Below, piece after piece: positions 25,026 to 36,507 of a DNA stretch of 64,000 bases (the first letter of the stretch is position 1; every line of letters begins with the position of its first letter). The stretch comes from Tricharina praecox. Its lineage: Eukaryota. Where the stretch lies: the NCBI RefSeq assembly GCF_024521635.1, contig NW_026250431.1, forward strand, positions 248,001-312,000, in the 5' to 3' direction. The notes beneath the pieces were generated by a model. It made no database searches and was not told where the DNA came from. It saw nothing but the letters and a program-made list of their open reading frames with translations. Position numbers and translations under genes: made by a program.

Positions 25026-26919
25026 AACCTTAGAGAAACCTACAGGCTACCTCCGGATGACTGATATCTATATCGGCTGCCAACAAGTAGCTCCGAGATC
25101 AATTGGGATATCATACGGTAACAAGTTCAAGAAGAACATTGTAGAGTACTAGAGCCATGTCCTGCTTGAAATTTCGTTATTTTCTGTATTGCCGACACGA
25201 GTCACGACTACCAAGAAATGCGATGGGGTCCGGGTTCGGGAGCTCTATTTCAATGAACGGCATGGCGCACGTTTTTTTGAGTAGTAATGAACGCAGGTAT
25301 CCCAACGATGACGCGCGAAGCGTGGTGGGGATCTCAACTCGGCTGTCTGAGTGAGATGCTTTGAATGATATCTACGATTCTATGTCGTTGGTTGGGGTTA
25401 GGTTAGTGTATGTCGGCCAACTACGGGATGCCAAGACATCTCCTGCCCCACAAACAACACCTACTTCTACCCGTTCCCTCTCTCTTCTTGCACACAACAT
25501 CCTCACCTTTCTCTCTACTTCCAACACACACAGCAACTTCAACTTGCACTACAACCTCTTAAATTCGTCGGCTCTTCGATCAAGAGCAGACCCTTAGGGT
25601 GCCAAACACCTTTTGGGACTGACTGGATCATCAACAGTCAGGTTGGTCCTGTCTTTGATGGCCGGAGACGCAAATCAAGGTAAGAATAATATTCTCCTGA
25701 GCAGAGCGGTGGTTGACAGAACCTAGGTGTCTTGCTCAATACCGTGACCGGGTCCGAAGATGCGTCCACGCTTCAGCGACACAATCGAGCACAGGACGCT
25801 ACCTCAACACTCGATTGAATTTTCAACGACGCGGCTGGCGCTCTCGCAGGCGCTAACTTCTCGCACGCCGGCCCGATCAACAACATCGAACTTCCGAAAT
25901 TGTATCTGCAAGCAACTCGCAGCAAACAGACATGGCCGCCACTGACGTGGCCACCTCCCGACGGAGGATGGCCTTCGCAGAGCGTGCGTTAGATTCTCCT
26001 ACGACGGGTGATCGCACTTTGAGGGGCAGATCGCCCGTTGGCCGGTAGAGCAGCAACACCATCCCCGCTGCCTGTTGGTAAATTAGTTGTACTATACGAG
26101 CATTTCATTATTTTTCTACTATCGTTTAGAAGCTTTGCTACTTGTTGACGACCATGTGATGTCTTTTCAATATTGTGCGTTGTCCGGCGCGCCCGCTACT
26201 CCCTCGTCTACCTCACTTTCCCATCTCTCAAGGAGTTAATCGACTCTTTGGAGGCTTCTTCACCCGGGCGATCCCGCATGTACCTCTACCTCCAAGGATA
26301 GATGCAGAAATGTATCCTGTGGATGAGTCTCTGCACCCCCTCACCTTCACCTATACCCTCGATGTCACTGTAACTCACTCGCCGCGCACTATCACTCACT
26401 CGATCACATATGCTCACTCGCTTGACAGTATTCAACACGATCTCCGTGTGGAAACGGAGTGTGTGGTCTCCACGGGAAAGGGAAGGGTTGATCCTGGGCA
26501 CTACAGTCCCATCTTTCCCTCCCGGAACAGAGAACACGGAGATTTCAGGCCCAGCGGAAGCATTTACGGCAGTATCCACGGGCCTAAGTATTTTACAGCG
26601 GCGACGTGGCCCTTCCTGTCACTGAGGGAATGACCCCTCCTATCTAATTCTAATAACGGTGGCCCCTCGTCGCCGTCCCAGCATGTGATCCTCCCTATCC
26701 ACAATCACAACGGAGGTACCGTACAACGTGGCCGGGTGTCGGACATCGTAGGCGTAATGAAGAGATTGACTATGGTGGGGTTGACTACGCGGGGGAAGAG
26801 TATTGACCAAATTTCCGCATGCTGGCTTTGCCGGTGACTTCACCTATTTTTGTCACCGGACTGTGATGTTGGGTCACTCTCGCAAGTACATATCCACGCC
26901 TTTTTATTGCCATGAATCT

Positions 26920-27880
26920 CTCACACTAGACCAAAACATCTTCAGGCACAATGGGTGATCAACAAGACCATCCTCCTATTCAGATCCGATATGCTAAAGA
27001 AAAAGAAGAAAAACAATCACTCCATATGCAAGCGGCTAAAACGCTAATACTCAATTCTTTCTGCAAAAATCAGACCATGCTTCATCTCCCTCCGCGATCC
27101 GCCGAAATCGAACAAAGGACCGACACGGGACACAAAGTGGAGCGGCATCGGCACCGGTGTTGGAGTGGCGGCTCCAATCCGAGCCACCGCTGCGACGTAG
27201 TAGACCCTATTGCAATCAGTAGGAGGACAGCGGGATAAGCAGGCACGGAAGGAAGAACTTACAGCCGCCAGGCAAGTATTGATTGTAGCTCTTGTCGGAA
27301 GTTGACGCCTTCAAATACCGACGCTTCGGCCTTCGACCGACAACGTCCGTACCATCTCTTATCGGCGGATGAGTTCCAAATAGAACCATCCACCGATAAT
27401 AGGTGGTACAGGTGGTGTTGAGCCGGCCGGAGGGAGCGGAACCCAATGTCCTCGAACTGGCGTTGAAGGGCCTCACATTAGTTGCTGGGCGTGGGATGAC
27501 GGTAGGGATTATTATGACGTGTGATAATCAATGGGGAGGGATTATTGGGTGTGTTGATGTTGTGATGTTTCCGAGTGTCGGATTTTGTTGTGGTTAAGTT
27601 GGAAGGAAAAGGTGACTTTGGAGAGAGATAGACTTAAGGAAGAAGCGTGGGGGGTGGGCGCCATGTGGGTTTTATAGGGTAGCTACGCAATTACCCGGAC
27701 GGCGGCGAATTCTGGCGGACGACAGAAACGATCAAAACAAAACAAAAGTGTACAGTTAAAAAAAGTCAAGGCTAAGCAGAAGAGCACCCGGGCTCACACC
27801 TGGTTCCAAAATCTTGGTAATAAACCTGTCGAAGGTCCGCAGCCAAGGATCGAAAACTGTCGACAAGACGTACGTTGCAA
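26920..27880 (-). repeat. Dispersed cassette (copy 2, inverted) homologous to 14140-15270
   Basis: Shared blocks such as AACAAAATCCGACACTCGGAAACATCACAACATCAA, TCCTATTCAGATCCGATATGCT and a conserved intron. Confidence 0.85.
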
Positions 27881-28459
27881 GAGAGTGGTCGGACGGCCGA
27901 CCAGACCGCTATTCGACCGGGATCAACCCTTTGGGAACAATTCCAGAGGGGACGCTGATGTCCCGTGGCGAGCACGAGGCTGTCTGTCTTCGGCTCTACG
28001 GTATCTGCACCGTAACCGGATCACTCACGAAGAAATCAAGGGTGCGAGCATTTTACGGCAGCCTGAGGATTCCGGCCCATGGCCTGAGCTGCCGTTCACC
28101 GTGTCCGGCCATTCTGGAGATGACGACGTTTTCCGACATCGCCGTTTCTATTGCTCTCCAGAGCGACACGCCAGATTCGACGAAGCCGGCTGCCGAACAC
28201 GATTGCCCCCCAGGTTCGCACTAGTGCTGATGTGGACTCATTGGGAGTTTCTTCCTGGAATTGGAAATCTGAGTATTGCCTCCTCCGGTGGCGAAGTGGA
28301 GCTTGGTGCATCCACGCACCACAGAGTGTCTGTGGTACATCGTTTCGGAGACGATGGGTGCGGGCGGCCATCGCGCATGGCCGCAGAGCAACATGCGGTC
28401 TCTGTTTGCCGATTGTGATATCCCCAGTTCCTGCGCGATGATAGCGAGAGTCAGAGGTT

Positions 28460-28621
28460 TTTTTTTTGTTTAATCAATAATTGCATGCGACTTATCTAGA
28501 TCATGGCAATATCGCCCCGTTCACCCCCCCCCCCCCCCCCCCCGTTTCCACGCCACTGTCCAACCCAGCTTTCGCTGAGCGGCCCGATGTGGATTTCCCT
28601 GCCCTCTGCCCTAGCCTTTCC
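28460..28621 (-). mobile_element. Truncated non-LTR retroelement, subfamily B, poly(A) tail
   Basis: Perfect 16-bp TSD GCGAGAGTCAGAGGTT at 28444-28459 and 28622-28637; minus strand ends TCTAGATAAGTCGCATGCA...AAAAAAAA. Confidence 0.88.
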
Positions 28622-29130
28622 GCGAGAGTCAGAGGTTGAGCGACGGGCTACGGAAATTGATGTGGATGAAGGATGCCGAGTGACGGCTGGTGGGAGCAGT
28701 GCTACAAGGCATAATAAGGTTATTCACGTTTCTATTGGCACGATGATGGGAACCGCTACGGGAGACGTATGTGGGGCGAGCATGGGCCGGTTGAGAATAG
28801 GGGTCATGGGTTATTCTTGTCTTCTGTCTTCTTGTATTTATCTATGTATTCCAACTTGTTTGGAGTGTGAAGATAGATCGACTTGATGATATTTATTCTC
28901 TCTTGCTACCGCAGTAGATACGCCATCCATACATGCTGTCTAGATGACCTGCCGACTTCGGGGGCGTCTATCTGCGTACTATAGTCGAAGGTTAGATTTC
29001 GACAAGGCATCAATGATGGCGAGTGATATACTGTGTTCTGCAGCGCCTTTGCTGTCATCGCGACACATCTCTTCATGGGTTAGCACTTGCCGTCGGCTGT
29101 CATAGATGGGTGTAGTTCTTGTAAGATGGC

Positions 29131-29385
29131 TTGCTGTTGGGGTTGATAGCTGTAGTTTTTCCTTTCTTCGAATTCGGGAGGGTCGTGACAACGAATTGAA
29201 GAGAAATGGCCAGCAGTGATCATGGCTCACTTGAAGCGAATTTCACAAGTGGTGAGGGTACCGGCGCCCGGTAATCAAGGTCCGTATCGTTACAAGGGTA
29301 GCAACCTTGGGAAGGACGCGCTTTTGCTGCGGTTCAAACCTAGGTTTTGGCATTTACTTTTTCTTGTCTCGCGTCGGTGGTTAGG
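29131..29385 (+). repeat. ~255-bp direct repeat, copy 1 (copy 2 at 31611-31862)
   Basis: Shared GTGATCATGGCTCA, CAAGTGGTGAGGGTAC, CGTTACAAGGGTAGCAACCTTGGG, CTTTTGCTGCGGTTCAAACC. Confidence 0.9.
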
Positions 29386-29411
29386 CTTGAGCCTATCATT
29401 TGCGAGGAGTA

Positions 29412-30489
29412 AGCCGAAAGGCGGAGAGTGAGACATCGATCGTACCTTGCCCTCCCACGCGCAACGCAGCCTAAAGGAAGCCAGCTGTGCCTTTCTCAGC
29501 AGAAGATCAAGTCTTGCCATGCTTTAAAACAATGCGTCTACTGGCCTGTGGATTTGTTTTGCATTGCCATGACCATTCGTATCACTACGTCGCACCGGTG
29601 CGGTTTCCGGTATATGATGGCGAGTCGTTTCCTGGATTCTGACATATGCCATATGCTACCCATTAAGATTTCCATGTGGTTAGAGCCAGTGGTCTCGTCC
29701 GGGCAAGTCGTATTTTTAGATTTTCGGGGATAATGATACGTAGACTCTAGGTATTTAGACTTCATCAATGTCAAAAAGCTTGTTCGGACGGTGGACCTGT
29801 GCCGTAAAGTAATTGTCTGTGAAGAGCGGGTGCGCAGACGACTCGACGTCGTAATACACTAAATGCTCCGCAGGATCTGGAAGATTATATAGCTTCCGCT
29901 TGTCGTTTAGAAGAGGTGAGGCGAAAGGCGGAGACGTCGATCGAACCAAGCCAACTGTGTGTTTCTCACCAGAAGCTCAAGTCTGTGCATGCTCCCAAAT
30001 GATTCTTCCAATGGCCGGAGGACTTTGCTTGCATCGCTAGAACCATTCGCGTTTCTGCGTAGTACCGATGGGGTTCGTGGTCTAGATGGCGGACAGCGGC
30101 TTCGTGGATCTAGACATCAGCTGCCCATTAGGATTTCCATGTGGTTAGAGAGAGAGAGAGAGAGAGAGACCTTCCTGTTTTATTTCGCATGCAGCCTCCT
30201 TAGACTATGGCGAACGCACGACCTCCATTTCCTGCCCACCCTGACCAGTCGAGGTGAAAGCCCCGGTACCGACCGGTCCGATGCAGCGCCCGACATGTGG
30301 TTAGAGTTACCTCCAGGCAGATCGTGATTTATTTTTGCCGGATGATGAGTCTAAATAGAGTCAATGTAGACTCCATTGAGACTCCATTGAGACCTCAACA
30401 GTGCCAAACAAAATCTATTTCGACTTCAACAGTGTCGAAAAGCTTGTTCGTACCTGTGCCGTACCATAATTATGACCGTAATCCGGGGC
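29412..30489 (+). repeat. Diverged tandem duplication (29412-29830 and 29919-30489)
   Basis: Shared CGAAAGGCGGAGA, CCCATTA.GATTTCCATGTGGTTAGAG, AAAAGCTTGTTCG, ACCTGTGCCGTA. Confidence 0.82.
30151..30293 (-). mobile_element. Truncated non-LTR retroelement copy with (TC)n tail
   Basis: Perfect 13-bp TSD CATGTGGTTAGAG at 30138-30150 and 30294-30306; the empty site is present in the paralogous duplicate near 29673-29685. Confidence 0.92.
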
Positions 30490-30621
30490 ACGAATGGATC
30501 GTATAAAAACCCGGCCTTTTCCCCCGCTCTTCTCAGTTCCCCATTCCGACCGCATCTATCACGCACCTCACTCATCTTTTCATCCCCAAACCGCTGACTT
30601 CAGACACCCCACGCTCAAACA

Positions 30622-31500
30622 ATGATGGATCCACAGAATCTGTATATGTCGGAGGGAACGCGCGCTGACATCAAGGCACTCCAACAGCAGCTGACTAACG
30701 ACCCGGTCATGCTGCTGAACAGCATCGAGCGCCTTCCTAGGCTTGTCCGTCGCTACATTCTTGTGTTGGAGAATCGAGGTACGTGTTGCAGTCTTCCCAG
30801 TAATTCTATTGCACCGAGCCCTTCGCTGACAGCAGGATACTAGTCAATGCGAGGACCGAGTGCGAACGTGACTTCGTCGACTACGTCTACGTCCAACTGA
30901 AGCAGGCCGTGTTCGACCTTCCCCGGGCTCGCGGTATGTGGCATAACCCACCTAACTAGCCCTGACTCCCGAGATGTTGCTAATCACGTTCCCGATTTCG
31001 ACAGAAACTGGCGAGAATTTATGGAACGTGTTCATTCGTTACCTCTTGATTGTACATTTTACGGACCGTATGTGCAACCTCTGTCTAAAGCTCGTGGTCT
31101 TCATATTTCTCCAGCGCTGACTACTATCTAGAGGTTTTGAGCTTTTTTAAAGATAGGCTACTGAAGAAACCTTCTGTGACGCGGTGGACGAGTGATGGGG
31201 TGAGCTACCTTGCGTACTGGTAGAAAACGGGTCTTTGACCATGGCGCCTTGCTGGTGCAGTTCAAGATCGGTATGTGCATCGTCAGTCCACTACTGAAGC
31301 TCTTCGGTTTGGTTCACGGCTGACCGTTACTATCCAGAGATGTGGTTTCTCAAAGACAAGGAGAAGAAAGTTATTAAGGCGTGGTGGCGCGGGAATAGTC
31401 GATTGCGCTCCGATGCGCAGACAACGGATGTATTATGTATGCTAGAAGATTGGTTATTTTTGAGCGGTTTTGTACTGAAAGAATGTTACTGTATGAGTCT
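30622..31500 (+). pseudogene. Five-exon orphan gene relic
   Basis: TATAAAA near 30502, ATG in CAATG context, four GTAYGT...CTRAY...YAG introns, but a phase clash after exon 1 and in-frame stops in exon 4. Confidence 0.6.
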
Positions 31501-31610
31501 CTCTCTTTCTCTCCCGTTTTGTCTTGGTGGGCGCTGTGTTGTGGTGAGGGGCGACCTGCTGTGTGTTGCAAAGGCCAGTGTTGGGAGGAGGGTGTCGGAA
31601 AGAAGATAGT

Positions 31611-31862
31611 TTGCCGTTGGGTGTTGATAGCTGTGGTTTACTTGCTTCGGAGTCGGGTTCATGATTTAGAAATCAAGGGAACTCACAAGCGGTGATCATG
31701 GCTCAATTGGAGGGAATTTCCCAAGTGGTGAGGGTACTGGCGCCCGGTACTCAAGGTCCGCACCGTTACAAGGGTAGCAACCTTGGGGAGGACGCTCTTT
31801 TGCTGCGGTTCAAACCCAGCTTTTGACGTTTTCTTTTTGCTCGTCGCGCGTTGGTGGTTAGG
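31611..31862 (+). repeat. ~255-bp direct repeat, copy 2
   Basis: Aligns with 29131-29385. Confidence 0.9.
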
Positions 31863-32302
31863 TGGCAGAGTGATGGACCATGGTTCTGTTTGGGCGCGTG
31901 AGTCGAACCACGACATTTTAAACAAGGGAATACGTATGAGACACTAGAAGATGTACCCAAAACGCCTGTCATGATAACACCTGCCATCACCCCAAGGCGT
32001 AAACAGTTAAGGGTTTTCGGAGTAAAGAATGTCCAATTTGCCTCGGAAGAACTTCGCAAACCTCCTCACTACGTCTCACTCGCTGCCTACACAACCGGCA
32101 ATATGTTCGAGCCTCAGCCTCAGCCCCGGCCTCAGCCCCAACCCTATTGCATGGGGGTCAGCAGCTAGCCAAGCCGCTAGTATGATGAGCGTGCATCGAA
32201 CCCTGGGAATGCTTATCCCTACTCACACTTCCCTTCCATGCCGATTCATCATCGTTGAACCGTCTCCGTCTGCCCTGCGGACAGCTCACCACGGTCCCCG
32301 CC

Positions 32303-35237
32303 ATGTCGAATTCCCGTCGCGCGAACCTGTGCAGCTGGCATCTCTGCGAGCAGCCCGCCGTCTGTGATTACTACGTGCTTCTCTACAGCCGCTGCTACTG
32401 TCTCGCGCACTGTGGCCTCCACCGCCAATCCCTCGGATTATCCATGCCTTGCCCCAGGTGCTATCCGCCTACACCCCAGCAACTAATTGTCGAACTAGAC
32501 GGCAGCCGCGAACCCCAGTCCGTGATCGCGCTGCCCCGCACCCGCGACAAGTTCACCCCGCTTCGAGGTTCAAGCCAGCAATGCGATCAAAAGTCCGCCC
32601 CGCCCGCCACGACATCAGCAGATACAACCTTGCTCCGAGGATCAATCGGAAGAGGAAGAGGAAGAAGAGGAGGAAGAGGAAGAGGAAGATGACGAGGAAG
32701 AAGAATGTTATTCGGAGGTTGAGTCGCCACTCCTTATCGCACCATTGCGGCTACAGCCCAACAAGCCCGTTAGCAATGATCAACTACGCGGGCGACCTTC
32801 GCGGGAGCAGAGTCAGCCCGACCCGGCAGGCTCCACCAGGCCCAAATCCGCGGCCACGGTCGCCGCACCGAGGCACCAGTCCGCCGTAGCCGAGCCGTCA
32901 CCACGCAGTCGAACGCAGAAAGAGCAGCAATCCGACCGAGAATCCACCCGCGAACACGAAGCTCAACCGAACTTGGAGCCGGCCTTGAGTCGTCGACGCC
33001 GCAACAAATCACGCTTCCAGAACGGTGATCAATCTGCGCAACACCATCGTCCGAGCGCACCACCGTCCAATCCTAACGCACGCGACGAGCAGCATACTCC
33101 CCACGTCGAGGAAACCCACAACAGATCACGCCACCGTCGTCCGCGACGCCGACGCCATCCCGCGGCGCAGCCTGACCCCAAACGTGAAGAGGACTCCGAA
33201 TCGGAATCGGAACCTATGCCGGAACCTACACCGACACCTACCGCCGTGCGCATTGCACCGCCATCTCGGGCAGAGGCTCGTGCAAAGATTCGCAACAATA
33301 CCCAGGCACATCGCCGCCCCCGTGAACGACAGCCCAAAGCTGACGGCCCCTCCATCATTGCCACGCCGGAACCGGAACCGGCACCGCAGCCGCGTGGTCC
33401 TGGTAATAAATTGCGTCGCCGACGCCGCAGAGCTGAAGCATCAAAGCTTCAACCCAAGAATGAGCCCTTAGAAGATGACGCATTGGATTCAGACGGTGAA
33501 TCCAAGACCGACCGCACTGACACCGCGAGCCCGCATCCGGTCCAGTCACCTCCTACGACTCGCCAGCAATTGGCGCCGCGCCGTCGCCCACGCGAGCGAC
33601 AGTCCAAACCTGAAGGCCACCTCAACGACGCCGCACCTGGACCCGACGTACGGACCCGGTCAGGAAGAAGCCGATCACGCCGCCGCCGCCACGTCGCTCC
33701 TACGCCGCAGCCCGCACCGGAGCCACAACCTGACTCCGAATCAGACTCGGACGATGAATTCCTGAATGGCCGTTCCCCCGCGATGCATCCGCCGCCATCG
33801 CCTGCTCGCTCCGCCGGTGGCTACCGGTCGCCGAAGCAGGAAGTAGACCCTAGGACCGAGGTCTACAATTCATTCAATTTCACACTGCACGATCCTCCTC
33901 ACCCCGCCGGGCCCCTGTTGGCGGTCTACGATCACCGTAAAGCGTCCCGCCAGAGACAGGAGAACCATATACCTGGGCCGCGTGGGCCTCAGTCTCTCGC
34001 ACAGGCCAGGGATCCGTCCAAAATGCGTGAAAATGCAATCGTCGCCATCAAGAAACGTGACCCTCCGGTGCCGCAGCAACGAAAGGAGCGATGGGAGCTC
34101 CCTCAAAAGGCTCACGGAACACCCTTGTCCGTTCAGCATCGCGAAACCCTAGTACCTAACGTTGAGCCCGCGCCGAAGGCTGCACCCAAGCCCATCGCGG
34201 GACCAACCGTTTACGAATCCCCGCATCCACACCCACAGATGCAGATGGGAAATACACAGGCCATGCGTCCCTTCGCATCCCCAAACAATGTGCCGCAGCC
34301 GGTGCCGGTGTCTTACGGACACCTCCCTTGGGAGGCATCGGTGCCGCAGCCCCAGAAAATTACAGCATACTATGCTTCCGTCATGTACAGCCCTGATTCC
34401 AGAACCGTCGCTGCACATCAAGGACCGGTAAGCTATGGTCCGCCTGCTCGGCAACATGCTGTTCAGCAGCCCCAGTTGATGGCAATTCAAACCGGTCCGC
34501 GTGTTCAATCCCAGTCGAACAGAATTCCACTTGGCCAGCATGCTCAGCCCCCTTGGGGAATCCACCAAGCACGGGTACATCCGGCCCATTACGTGCCCGA
34601 TTCGGACTGCCACTCCATCTCCACACCTGCCCGTTCTACCACCTCCAATTATTCTCCGCCTGGCCCTGCAGTATCCTCCGTCACGTCTCCGCCTGGCCCT
34701 GCGGTATCCTCCGTCACGTCCCAGCCATCAGAAGCTCCGGCGCCCAGGCCGTCGAAAACACAGGCAACCCAGGCCCCCAAATCCTATCTAGCAACATTGC
34801 ATAATCTATCTGAATCACCCCCGCCCAATCCCCCCGCCGGTCCGCCGGCCAAACCACAAGCTCTCGAACATCTTGTCCCCAACCGCCTCACCAACCACCC
34901 CACCTCCCCGCAACCGCAAGCCACCCCCACTTCCAACAAACCCTTCGTCAGCCTCTTCGGCGGACCCGGCCTCGACGACCCGGCCAATGCCGCACCCGCC
35001 GCCGCGCCCGAACCCGGCGACGATCCCTCGCGCGAACCTCTCAGAAGCGTGTACTTCTCGGATACCGCGCTGCAATGTGGGTGGCAGCAGTTCTTTGCGG
35101 TCTATCGCGGTAGACGGCCGGGGGTGTACGGGACGCCCGACGAGTTGGCGGCTCAGATTAGGGGATTGCCGAATCCGGTTTTTCGCCGGTTCGAGTGCTT
35201 GGGCGACGCCCAGATGTATCTGCTCGGAAGGAAATAG
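32303..35237 (+). CDS. Long low-complexity protein with C-terminal RNase H1 hybrid-binding (Cauli_VI) domain; upstream Cys/His-rich segment lies in another frame
   Basis: 830-aa ORF ending FFAVYRGRRPGVYGTPDELAAQIRGLPNPVFRRFECLGDAQMYL; true 5' end uncertain (frameshift or unresolved splice). Confidence 0.65.
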
Positions 35238-35952
35238 GGAATAGTGGTGGACAAGATGGGGGTGAGACGGGAATCGGTAACGAAAACGAGGGTGCGTGGC
35301 GCTTGATATTCTTACGGTTTACGGGCGAAAAAGGGCTGTTTTTACGGTTGTTTGAAGTGTTTTTGCTTCTACGGATGACTGGTTTGTTGGGTTTGTTGGG
35401 TTTGGCTGATATTATCTACGTGTTGATATCTATCATTGATGGATGATCCATGAGGTATCTGCATTTGAAGCCTCTATTCCATGGTTGTTCGAGGTGTTTT
35501 TGTTTCTACGGTTGGTTGGGTTGCTGGGTTGGGTCGTTATGTTATTAGCTGCGTGTTGCTACAAAGAAATATCAATGATTGTTCATGAGGTGGCTTGCAT
35601 TTGCATTTGCACTCTCCATCCAGTGGATTATAGATCATAGAGGGTAATCGAGCTACATAATTGAGTTGTGAGGGAAAATTCAAATTCCGATACTCAACCA
35701 GATTTGGCGATTCCGCGTGATTCCGCATGATCTCGCGTGATTTTACCTTTTCAGCATCAAACTCAATTACCACCAGCTCGAACTATACTGTGCAGAGTTT
35801 TATGCGAGGTCGCAGGGGGAAATGGGCGAATCTTAGACCGCTTGGACTGGCATTAGGACTACAATGTGAATCATGTGTCCGAAGTCGGACACCGAGTGAT
35901 AAATAGTGCATCGGTGAAGCAGGCTGATGCCGAGTAATATATCGCACGTACA

Positions 35953-36507
35953 ATGTCATTTCACCGAGCCAATGCAGCACCATCCGCGTTCATCCAGCTG
36001 CGCACCGCAATCGACCAGAACTGCGAGACGATCGCGTATATAGAGTCGCGTCTCCGAGATCCGTATCTTCCCGACGAGCTGCGGAAATGCGTCAAGGCCG
36101 ACGTGAGCGAGAGGGCGAAGGAGGTCGAGGCTATGCTTAATGGGCTGGATGGGTTGGAGCGGGAGTTGCAGGTGTTGATTGCGGAGGTTAAAAGGTCTTG
36201 GAAAGAAGAACGGGAACGGGAATGGGTGGATACCGATGGGGGAACAAGTGAGGAGATGACGGATACTGAGGAGATCACTGAGGAGATCCCCGAGGAAATC
36301 CCTGAGGAGATCCCTGCGTGGACGAACGAGTGGGCCAGCGGGGAGACCACTGAGGAGGCCAACGACGATAACACAGATTGGGTCACAGAGTGGACCGACG
36401 AGTGGGGCGATGGCTGGACCCCCAAGTGGACCACCGAGTGGGCCCAGTTGACCACTGAGGAGATCACCGCGGAGGCCACCGATTCAGGCAATGGGGTACA
36501 TATGTAG
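35953..36507 (+). CDS. Hypothetical protein: helical N-half and acidic Trp-rich repeat tail
   Basis: 184-aa ATG ORF with coding-like codon use, EEIP repeats and WxxEW repeats. Confidence 0.55.
   Translation: MSFHRANAAPSAFIQLRTAIDQNCETIAYIESRLRDPYLPDELRKCVKADVSERAKEVEAMLNGLDGLERELQVLIAEVKRSWKEEREREWVDTDGGTSEEMTDTEEITEEIPEEIPEEIPAWTNEWASGETTEEANDDNTDWVTEWTDEWGDGWTPKWTTEWAQLTTEEITAEATDSGNGVHM

Noticed and set aside
29131..31862. LTR retrotransposon bounded by the 255-bp direct repeats
   Set aside because: No clear TG...CA termini, PBS, PPT, TSD or gag/pol remnants; the interior is an intron-containing gene relic
35340..35615. Short local duplications here and at 40156-40243 and 61790-61900
   Set aside because: Simple two-copy tandem duplications with no further structure suggesting function
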